DNA of 64,000 nucleotides from Cyanophora paradoxa CCMP329 (lineage: Eukaryota; Plantae; Glaucophyta), in contig QPMI01000408.1 in the NCBI GenBank assembly GCA_004431415.1, forward strand, positions 1,163,364 through 1,227,363, read 5' to 3'. Of this stretch, positions 24,947 through 35,158 are shown piece by piece; positions within the stretch are counted from its first letter, which is position 1; each line of letters begins with the position of its first letter. Both the position numbers and the translations under genes were made by a program. The notes beneath the pieces are model-generated. The model was given only the letters and a program-made list of their open reading frames with translations. It did no database searches and was not told the DNA's origin.

Positions 24947-26432
24947 TTACAGCTTGGACTCGAGGATGTCCGCCGAGGTGGTGGACAGGAGGCCGTAGAT
25001 CGGCTCCGAGAAGAGGACGACGGCGCAGAAGACAAGCTGCTTGTAGACGTCGAAGATGGCGTACAGCAGGATCTCAGAGTCGACGGTGACGGCGCGGGTG
25101 CCCTCGCCAATGACCCAGATGGTGAGGTACGGGAACCACGCAGCGAGCATGAAGAAGAGCGCGATGGCTGCGGGGCCCAATCAGAAAACCGGACGCAGTG
25201 AGCGCTCAAGTGGAGAGGAAAGGGGCGCACTGGTGGCGTAGCCGCGCGAGTCCGACTTGCGGTAGGCAGCCGGGCGGAAGTAGGCGAAGAGGATGCCGAA
25301 GAGCACCAGCTGGGCGCCGCAGGCGAAGGAGAACCAGCCCCAGCGGGACGAGTTGGCGGACAGGGCACCGAAGAGGCGGGTGGCGACGAAGATCAGAGCC
25401 GAGACGACACCGGCAACGATGGCCTCAATCGAGGCGCCAGCGAGGAGGCCGAGGACGTAGACGAGCGCCGGGGTGGTCGCCGCCCACTGGACGTAGCGAG
25501 CCCAGTAGAACACGCGGAAGCCGGTGTTGGCGTCGTTGGGGAGCGCAACACCACCCTGAGCACGAGCGAGGGCGTAGTAGACAGCGGCGCCGGTGACGGC
25601 GATGGCGACCTGCACGATCCCGGCTAAGCACCTGGCAGAGATAGCCGCATTTCGTGCATGCGGCTGTGCGCACGGTGAGGACGTGGAGGCGGCGGGACTC
25701 CTTGCCGTGGAAGACGGTGAGATAGCCGAAGACGATCATGGCGACCAGGTGGAAGCCGAAAGCCAGCCAGTAGAAGTCGTAGCCGAGCTGGGTGATGTTG
25801 TCGGCGTTGCCGTACAGGGTCGACTGTGCAAAAGCGTAAGAACGCAGAGCTAAGCATGTGCAAGGGAGCACGGGCATGTGCACCTGCTTCACGAAGTACT
25901 GGTTGAAGTAGTCGTAGAAGAGCGAGTTGCCGGCGAAGGCAGCAGTGTCAGGCCCGCTCATGCCAGCGCCGGGGAGGAGCCGGTTGATGAGGTTCTGCGA
26001 GGTCGGCTGGAGGAAGTTGCCGTTGTTGCCGCGGCCGTCAATGAAGTAGCTGTACTTGTTGGGCGCGAAGGTCTGCCACTGGCTGCCGCCCGCGGCGAAG
26101 TTAACCTGGCTCGGGCCAACCGGGTTGTAGTAGCCAATGGTGTTCGCGGTGGCGAGCTTGCCATCGACGCCAACGTTGCCGTTGTTGTAGAAGCGCGACG
26201 CATCGGTGTAGGGCTGGTTGATGCCCTGGCCGGCGTACGCAACGGCGCTGCCGACAGCGCCACCGTTCAGGGAGCCGCCCTGGCCGCCATTGAGCGTCGG
26301 GTACTGCAGGCCCGAGTAGACCTAACGGAATCGACCGGTCAGCATGGCGGCGAGCGGAGAGCATGGTTAACTGCGTGAAATCGTGCTGGGCGCTCGCAGG
26401 CGGGGCGGGCGGCTTGCCTGGAGGAGCGCCAT
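24947..26432 (-). CDS. Type-1 (microbial) opsin-family protein, ~400 aa, 5 exons, non-canonical retinal site
   Basis: Seven hydrophobic helices: helix C FYWARYVQWAATTPAL, helix E RWGWF, helix F WFPYLTIWVIGEG, helix G EILLYAIFDVYKQLVF. Exons 26432-26418, 26321-25884, 25823-25674, 25609-25231 and 25167-24947 join in frame. Confidence 0.93.
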
Positions 26433-27172
26433 CTTTCTTGTTTATTACGAGTGGGGGTACCCGATACTTTCCTCTTTCGGGCACCAACTTTCCTCCTCAA
26501 TTGTACCCCAGCGATCGAATCCCGGCGAGTCGACTTCGGAGAACGCAATTGCAATGGAGTCCCTCCGTCCTCTAGGCCGGCACGCGCTAGCGCTTAGAAC
26601 GTGCTCACAACTAGCACCGCGCGGCAGCCGTCGCTCATTCACGCGCGATGGGCGCCGGCGCCTTGCAGCACGCGCTGAGCTGAACTTCTGAGCTCACTCG
26701 CTCACAAGAGCGTGTCCACAGCTGCGTGCTCAGCGGCGCTCGCACAAGGCTCATGATCAGCGGCGCTCGTCAGGGTTTTAGGGTTGCGCATGCGGCACTA
26801 GCGCTTGAATAGTGCAGGAAGTTGGAGCAGCGCCGTCAAGGCTTCTGGTTATAGGCCGCAGAAGAGCGAGATGGACTCGGCGAGCTCGCCTTAACAAGCT
26901 TGAGCTCGCTAAAGTTAACGTTGAAAGCGACGTCGACGCGTACGTCGACCAGCGCCCGCCCGGCTCGCGTGTCGACGTCTTGCAGAGCACCTCAGTTCAA
27001 CGGTTAGCTTGAATCGCTGATCGCTTGGTGCGCTTCGACGTCCGCCCAGTTTGCGCCGCGCGCTTTGGAAGCGGATCCGGAGACAAAGCTGCGCATGCAG
27101 TAATTGAGGTTGTGACCGTCGGACGCTACAATCTAGCGTCTACATTCTGAGCGCGACTGGGAACACTAAGCA

Positions 27173-29391
27173 CTAAGCAGATGTGGCGATCTCCATCGGG
27201 ACGGGGAGCGGCGCCGCGGGCTCAGGGGCGGGGTCCGCGGCAGTGGCGGCGGGGGAGCGGGGCGTGGCGGGGGCGGGGGCGGGGGAGGGGGAAGCGAGGT
27301 CGGCGACCGTGAAGAAGGGGTAGTAGGACATGGGATCGAGGCCGAGCTTGCCGGCGTACTCCAATAGAGTGGCACGCTTCAGCCAGAGCCAATCGGTTTC
27401 GAGCACCGGCGTGGTGGCGCTCTGCAGTTCCAAGGGTCAGGACGGGACGAAGGGCGAAAAAGAAGCCGAGAGTACGCACGTTGCAGTTCGGGTGGGAGCG
27501 GATCTCGTCGACCAGGCGGCGGCGGGAGGCCTCGTACTCGGCGGCGAAGGCGGAGGAGGAGAGGGGGGGGCCGGCAGGGACGGAGGGGCCCGCCGCCGGC
27601 CCGGCCTGGGTCTCCTCGCCCAGAATCTCGGCGTACCCCCATCCGAACTCCGGGAGGGCGTCGTCTTCCTTGGCCCAGGGCGAGGAGGGGTCTGCGGGGG
27701 GGTCGTAGGCGTCAGGGGGGGTACAGGACACGAGCGCGGCGGGCGGGGGCCGGGACGCACTAACGCGGACGGGGCCGTCGGGGGCGCCGGGGCCCCGGGG
27801 GGCGAAGGAGGGGTACGAGGAGAGGTCGATGCCGAGCTTGCGGGCCAGCTCGGCGCACTCCTCGCGGCTGAGCTGGGAGATGCGGGCGTGCCCGCGGGGC
27901 ATCAGCTGCTTCCGCTCCGCCTGGAATCGCGGGTGGGCCACGATCTCGTCCCGCAGCCGCCGCCGCTCGCCGTAGGGCGAGGAGGCCGTCTTCGGGTGCG
28001 AGGGGGCGTGCGGCGAGTACTTGGGGGCGGCGGCGGCCGGCGGCGCCCGCGCCCGCTGCGGCCGGGGCGTCGCCGCCGCAAACAAGGAGTCCGCCGCAGC
28101 CCCGGAGGAGGGCCCGTCGGGGGCGCCGGCGGCCGCCGCCGCGGCGCGCGTGCCGTGGGAGCGCCGGGCGCAGCCGCAGCAGCAGCCGCCGCCGCCGCCG
28201 GGGTCGGAGCGAGCTCCTCAGCCTCGGAGGGGCGCCGAGGCTGCACGAGCCGCGGCGGGAAGCGCGCCTGGGACTGCGTGAACGCCGAGAACTTGGCCAG
28301 GTCGATGCCGAGGTCCTGGGCGAGGGCCAGCAGCTGGGCCTTGGGCAGGTTGGAGAGCCGCAGGCCCGTCGCGAAGTAGCGCGCCCCGATCGTGGCCAGC
28401 TGCGGGTGCTCGGTGATCTCGATGCGGAGCCCGCGCTTCTCCCGCTCGTACGCCCGGTCGTCGCCCCGCTTCTCCGGGCGCCCGCCCCGCGCGGCCGGCC
28501 GCGCCCCGCGCCTCGCCGCCCCGCCCCGCGCCGCAGCCGCTGATGGCGCGCCGCCTCTCGCCAAAGGCGCTGCTGGCGCTGCTGCTGGTGCTGCTGCTGC
28601 CCCCGCCGCCGCCGCCGCCGCCGAAGGCGCCGCGGGCTCCGCCGAGGCGACTGCGCCCGCCGCGCCCGCCGCCGAGGGCTCGACCGGCTCTCCGGGCGTC
28701 GCGACCTCCCCCGCCGGCTCCTCCGCCGGCGCTTGCCCTTCTTCCGGATGCGCGGCCAGCTCGCTTCCTTCGGAGAAAGTGCGCTGCCGCTTGCGCTTGC
28801 CTGCGCGGTACGCCGCTCAGCTGGTTGCACACCGGGCGCGCCAGCGGGCGCCGTGCGCACCGGGGGCCCCGCCGTCCTCCCCCTCCCCCTCGCTCCACAG
28901 CGCGTCGTCGTCCTCGTCGCGGGCCCGCTCCGAGTGCTGGTCCGGCCCCTCCGTCGTGTCTCCCGCATTTATGTCTCCGTCCAAGTCTTCGTCCCCGCGT
29001 TCGGAGCTCGCGCAATCGATCACGACCATTCTGCGGGGGCCGCCGTGAGGACGCGCGATCGGTCCGGCAAAAGGAGATCCCTCCGCGGAAAAGAAAGGAG
29101 CAGCAAGAGCTATTTGGAAAAGTGCGCACGCAGTCACTGAGGTGGTGGCAGGGCTGTGCACTTCGCGGCTGGGGCTCGTTTCATCGCAGGCATCACCGAT
29201 CACCTGCCGGTTGCGCTCGGCGCGGGCGGAAAGCGCTACATAAACGTTTTAAATACCTTGCATGGTGCGTGTTTCAGTAGCCGCTCGGTCGAAGGCGATT
29301 GCAGCGAGTCGGCCTTGTCCGGGGGGGAGTCGAGCAAGGTAACTGTCTGCTCTGGTCCAGTCGGGTGCTCGGGCGTCGCCGCTGTCGTCAT
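27173..29391 (-). CDS. Low-complexity protein carrying three copies of a ~55-aa helical (HeH/SAP-like) domain
   Basis: Repeats: KRGLRIEITEHP...LSNLPKAQLLALAQDLGIDL; RRRLRDEIVAHP...ISQLSREECAELARKLGIDL; RRRLVDEIRSHP...LWLKRATLLEYAGKLGLDP. Start is approximate. Confidence 0.75.
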
Positions 29392-30456
29392 GCTTCTATC
29401 TCTTGAAACGGACCTCCGTCGCTCGTTTCAGCTGCGCAAGTGCCGGAAAACGGAAGCGTCAGCGGGCCGTCTTCGGGCATCGCGCTTTCTCCCCCAGCGA
29501 CCTAGGGAGAGGAACAGGCGCAGCCGCATGTGCCGACTATCGCACCACATGCCCTAGATGATTGTAACGCGATGTCTAGGCGGCGGGGCGAGGGGTTATC
29601 CCGCGCTGATCCTGTCGCGCTGATACCTCGAGGCTCGTGGGTGTCGCGGCGCGGCTTCCGTGCGCGTAAATCGCTTGCGAGCACCCTCCAGGCCCGAATC
29701 GCGAGCTGTCGCTGCGAGACGCGTCAGAAACGCGGTCCGACAGCGATGCCGAAACGCTGAAAGCAGGGACTAGGGGTTGAAAGCGGGGCCCCGAAGCTGT
29801 AAGAATATCGACAAAGGTCGTACCGTCTCGCTGGCAAACGGGCGGGCTGGCCGCAGGAAATCCGCGAGGCCCGATGAAGTTCTTCGAGCACCAGCACGAG
29901 TCTCGGATGAGGTGCGCCGCCCAGCTAACAACGACGCAGGAGACCGTACTGAGCCGATTTCACGGCTCGCCGCCCGCCTGTGAGCGCGCCGCAGCTGCCG
30001 AGCCGCCAAGAAAACTGCGCGGGCTACTTGAAATTGATCGGGGGGGTACGACGGGCGGACATGGCAGGGGGTACAAACGCCCGTTGGCTTGCTCTTCCGG
30101 CTCTTTGGTCTGCGAGCTTGGACCGCGATTTCGCTCATGTGCTCGCTGCCGGCGCCTATCCAGCTCGCCGGCTCCATCCAATTCTAACGCGACGCGGTGT
30201 CGGTTCTAACTTGGAGCGCAGTGCACAGGCGGCGTCGCGCGATCGCTGCCACCGTGACTCGGCTTATGCGCTCTCCGCAGCACTTACCTGGAGCACTCGC
30301 CCGGCTGCAAGTACATGGAGCGCGGCGGGCACGTGCAAGCCTCGGAGCGGCAACGGAGCGAGCGAGCGTCTTCACATGGACATGCCTGCGGATGCCTGCA
30401 GCTGCCCGGCAGCCCAACCTCGGATGCATTCGCCCAACCTCGGCAACCTCGGCGCC

Positions 30457-30789
30457 AACTGGCGGCCACCAAACCGCAGCTTTCGAGCGCAGCGGCGCAA
30501 TTGCAATCGGACACCGTCGCACGATCATGATGCGGCGGGGCGCCCTGGTGTTCGGCTCGGCGGTCCGTGGCGCGAATTCGATCCGGGAATTCCCGGAGGG
30601 CGCCGTGCTAGCGCTTACGCACGCTTCCGCAGTTCGCGGAGCCGCAGAGATGGGATACGAGGGTGGAGGACGCCGAGGCCTACGAGGACTACGTCGGTGA
30701 CCGAGCCGTGCGAGTGATCGCGAGCGCGTCTGCAGCGCAACCCACGCACTCCGGGGGCCGCAGAGGAGGACGAGGTGGTGGAGCGCTAT
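30457..30789 (+). repeat. Inverted repeat copy B
   Basis: Matches the reverse complement of 24323-24636, including both introns. Confidence 0.95.
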
Positions 30790-31020
30790 CCGGGGGTGGA
30801 GCCTGGGAAGGCCGCGGCCGCGGCAGCGGCGCCGCTTCTCGCGATCGACTCTACCTGCTCGCTGTGCTATTTTGAAGTCACCGTGTATCTGCCCCACGCG
30901 CCCCATGGGCATGCCCATCGGCCCCAAAAAGAAGGGCTGGCGAGGCACATGCGAAGGCGCCGGCTGATCAAGATCGTGGATGGTGAAATGATATCGACCC
31001 GCCAAGTCCGCGACTACTAG
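30527..31020 (+). CDS. Short chimeric ORF or pseudogene: duplicated first exons of the SPIDR-like gene fused to unrelated sequence
   Basis: MMRRGAL|FAEPQRWDTRVEDAEAYEDYV|EEDEVVERYPG...RQVRDY*; splice sites are conserved relative to copy A. Confidence 0.45.
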
Positions 31021-31347
31021 TAGGAAGTTAGATGTCACATTGCAAAACTTGAATTCGAAAGGGCGCCCAAGTGCTCAACAGAGGATGAAAAGAAACACAC
31101 TACGGAATTCAAACACTACTAGAATCCGACTACCGTAGCACTAGGCTCAAACCTGAAACGAAGAGCTAAATCACCAGCTACTACCCGGGTAGGGCTAGAC
31201 TGAATAACGCATACTACTACTCTAAGCGCGCAACAAAGACCAATTAATGTTGAACTAACTATCATAGAATATATTACGCATCAAATAAAAGATGGCCCAG
31301 CGGGCGCGCGGGGGCCCCGGGACCGACTGGGCCAGAGCTTCTGGAGC

Positions 31348-34300
31348 TCAAATGTCCGACGGGACAAACGCGGCAGGGAACACGACCGACTGCCGCGAGA
31401 ACGGGTCAGGGGGGCCGGCCGAACGAGCGTCGAGCGAGAAAAGCGCACGAAGATGTTGTACGTGCGGACGATCGTCGCGGTCGAGATCAGAGTGCTCGTC
31501 ATCCACCTGGAAATGACGTCATAACTTTAGCGAGCGAGCGCGTCCCACTTGTTCGGTGGGACAGCCGGCCTCACATGATCGCGATGCGGTACCCGAAGCA
31601 GTCGACCATGCTCCAGCCCAGCTCGAAGCCGTCCTCCAGTGCCGCCGCGCGCCGCGAGGAGCGCGCCGCCCTCGTCTTGGCGAAGATCCGCACGCCGAGA
31701 AGGCAGAGCGAGAGAAAGACGACCGAGGAGGCGGCCGCCACGATGCACGCCGCGTACGTCTCCCAGGGCAGGATGTCCGGGTGGAAGGGGTACAGGATCC
31801 TGCTCCGCCCGTACCGGAACATCGTCATGATCGCGACGAACTGGCCCGACGCCATGATCGACGCGAGCGCCTGTACCCCTTTGAGGAAAAAACGGAAGAA
31901 AAGGGAGGGGGGGTACGCGCCTGGAGGAAGAAGAGGGCGCGGCCGCCCTCGCGGACGAGCCGGACGGCCTCCCGCCGCGTCTCGTCGCCCAGCCCGCCTC
32001 CTCGCTCCTCCTTCTCCTTCTCCTGCGGGGGGCGAGCAGGCCTCTCAGAGAGCTGGGCGCCCGTCTGCGCCCCTTCCCCCCCCCCCCGGCCGGCCCGGAT
32101 CACGTACCCCGCGGCCCGTGAGGAAGGGCCACAAGCCGCGGCCCTTGGCGGGCCGCAGGATCGTCGAGACGGCCTGCGCCAAGTCAAGCCACGTCATATG
32201 ATCAGACAGACCCCGGATCGCCGCTCAGATGGCGGCGCCTCGGGCGCACCCGCCCGAGGCGGTTCGTGAAGGCGCGGGAGATGTTCCCCAGCAGCAGAGG
32301 CGCGAAGGTCACCTGAGCGGGCGGGCGGGCGGGCGCGTGAGGGAGCCGGCGCCTGCATTCCGAGCGGGTCGGCCGGTCAGTCGGGAGCGCACCGCAGCGT
32401 CGCTGACGACTCCGAAGGCCAGCACGGCGTAGGACGAGGCCCGGAAGCTCCCCATGAGCCGCATGCTCCTCAGCAGGTGCTGCGGACCGGGGCGGAGCGG
32501 AGGCGGGGCGGAGCGGAGGCGGTTAGGGAGAGGGGGCGGGGCGGCTTGCTTGCTTGTGTCGGGGGGTACGGCACCAGGAGCCAGAGGAGGGCCAGGGCGT
32601 GGCCCCCGTGGTCGGGCAGCAGCGAGTAGAGGAACGTGCGGAAGATCTGAAGGGGGGGGGGGTACGGCGTCACGGGGGTAGGGGGTGTGATACGAGTCTT
32701 CGGGAAGGGGGTACGCCCACCCGCAGGACGGCGTAGCAGGTGCTGAAGCTCACGATCGAGAAGGCGAGCGAGACGATGACCTGGGGGGGGGTACGGGGGT
32801 CGCGCCGGATCGGGAAGGGGGGTACGGGGGTCGCCGGCGTCCGTCGGACCTGGGCCACCGAGCTGAACGAGAAGAGCGCGAAGAGGAAGAGGTACCCCCA
32901 CATGGGCCTGCAGAGCGGGGAGGGAGGGGGGGATGAGACCAGGGGCCTGCGTCACTCTCTGCCGAGCAGGGGGTACCAGATGATGACGGTCAGCCCCAGC
33001 ATCCACGTGAGGAGGTCCTTTGCGAGGTGCTGCGCTGCGGCGTCAGGAGAGGGGGAGAAAAAGGGGGGTAGGCGCGTGGCATGCCTTCCGCTCGTGGGGG
33101 GGCGGCTCTACGGTGGTCCGAAGGGGGGCAACCAACGGGGAGCGGGGCCCGCCGGGGCGGCCGGCGGCGCCGGCTCCGGTCGGGAACACCGCCTGGGCGC
33201 CCGCCGGGGGGGACTGCGGGAGGGGTACGACCGCGAGGGCCGGCGGTGGCGGCTTGGCCGGCGGCTTGCCTCCTCCTCCTCCTCCTCCTCCTCCGTCTTC
33301 TCCTTCGGTCTGCAGGGCCGGCTGGGGCGTGTACCTCCCCGAGCGACCGGATGCCTTCCAGGAGGAGGACGAGGAGGGGTGGGCGCGGGCCGTCTTGGGG
33401 TACGCGTGCAGGAGGATAGGGGAGGGCCGCCCCGTCGGCCGGTCCGTGGCGGCCCCCCGGGGCGCGAACTCTGGGAAGGGGTGCGGCTCGAAGCGGAGGT
33501 GGGTGCGGGGCGGCGTCGGCCGCGGGTGCGGGGGGGTAGAGAAATGCGGGACGCGCGGGGCCGGCGTCTCGCCCCCCTCCCCGTCGCCGGGTACATCCAG
33601 CTTCTGCTCCACTGTACCCGGAAGGGGCCCGTTCACCCCCCCGGGCTCGGGATCCCCCAGGGGGCTCGAGGGGGGGAATCCCTTGTCGGGGGGCGCCGAT
33701 TCCTCCCACGAGGGCTTCCCGTACCCCTCCGGCTCCGGCGCCAGCTCGGGAGATCCGGGGGTGGAGTTGCCGCTGGAGGGTACGCGCCCGCCAAGCACGG
33801 CGGGGTCTAGCACGTGGACGGGGACGGGGTACCCCCCGTCGCCCTCCGGTTCCGGCGCCTGCAGGGGTACAGGGTCCTCGGGAGGGGGGAGGGAGTGGGA
33901 CGATATGTTTCCGCTGGCCCCCAGCCGCCTCATTCGCCGGCGCCGGACGCTCTGCGGATCGAAAGAAGCGTCTCTGTAAGGCGGTCGGCCCCAACGGAGC
34001 GGGGGTACCGCCCACCTTCCAGACGGTGACGGTGATGTACGAGGAGGGTACGTAGAGGAACGAGACGGCGGCGGGGGGGATGAAGGCGACGCGCAGGGAG
34101 TCCGGTACCCCGTAGGCGAGGGCGCCGCAGGCGGCGAAGAAGACGGCGCTGTAGGCGAGGACGGGTACGCCGAAGACGAGGGGCCACTCCCGCGCGGAGC
34201 GCAGTCTCCAGTGGAAGATGAGGCTCGCCCACGTGACTGGGCGACGGCGAGGCGTCAGCGGGGCCGCCGTGCCGGGCCGGGCGGCGTGGTGTCGGCTCCG

Positions 34301-34557
34301 CACCTAGGGAGAAGCAGACCATGGGGCCGGTGAGTCCGGCCGAGTACACTGCGCGGCGGGCCGTCGGTCTGAGTGGCAACAGCGGCAGCGGAAGCGGCAC
34401 AGGAGCGCGGAGGCGCACTGAAGAGGGCGCGCCGGTCCTCAGGCTTCTCGAGAGGGCCCGGATAGACGGCGAGGATCACCGAAGGGACGATGGGTATCAC
34501 CATCATGCTGCAGAGCTGCAGGGCCCGCTGAAACATCGACCAGCTGAGCCACGCCAT
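31348..34557 (-). CDS. Uncharacterised multipass membrane protein: two TM blocks separated by a long Pro/Gly-rich loop
   Basis: Many hydrophobic exons (MMVIPIVPSVILAVYP, WPLVFGVPVLAYSAVFFAACGAL, WGYLFLFALFSF, YAACIVAAASSVVFLSLCLLG); loop at ~33080-33930. Confidence 0.72.
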
Positions 34558-35158
34558 CTCTGAGGCCGCGGAGCCGCTGCCACGGCGGCGTTGTGTGCTT
34601 AGCTAAGGTCGGAGACGCGGCCTGAGGTGGTTTCGCTCGGCGCCACCGCCGCCCGCGAAGAGCGGCGCTAGGCGGCTGGGGATCGGTTCCACGGGCGGGG
34701 CCGGCAAGAGGGCCTTCCGCTGTAGATTGGAACGACGGTGCAGCTACTGGCAGAAAACTTACAAAAGCTTGGCCGAAATCTACTGGCGGGTCGCGGAACG
34801 GGCGGGCTTTGCGGCCGGCGAGGCGCTGGCCGGCCAGGCAGCCCGCCTGTACCGTTGTTGAAGCCCGTCAGCCCTCGGGGAGGGCCCCGGCCCGGCGACC
34901 GAGGACTCTGCGAGGAGCCGCTTCCGAACGTCAGGCTCTTCTAAGGGGGGTAGGGGCATCGCGGAGATTGCCGGAAAAGAAGCAACCGGGCGCCGGCTCG
35001 GCGCGCACGTTACAGGCACGCGCGAGCTAGAGCAGTCGAATGAGAGCAGCTGCAGCTCTTCCGTGATGAGAGGCGGTGGCTCGAGTGGCAGGCCGTCACG
35101 GGCCTGATTGCGGAGTGGATTCGCAAGCTCGCATCCGGCTGCTCGGCAGTACTCGGCC

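Noticed and set aside
24323-30789. Inverted repeats as terminal inverted repeats of a DNA transposon carrying the opsin
   Set aside because: The repeats are an intron-containing host gene 5' end, and I saw no transposase or target-site duplication.
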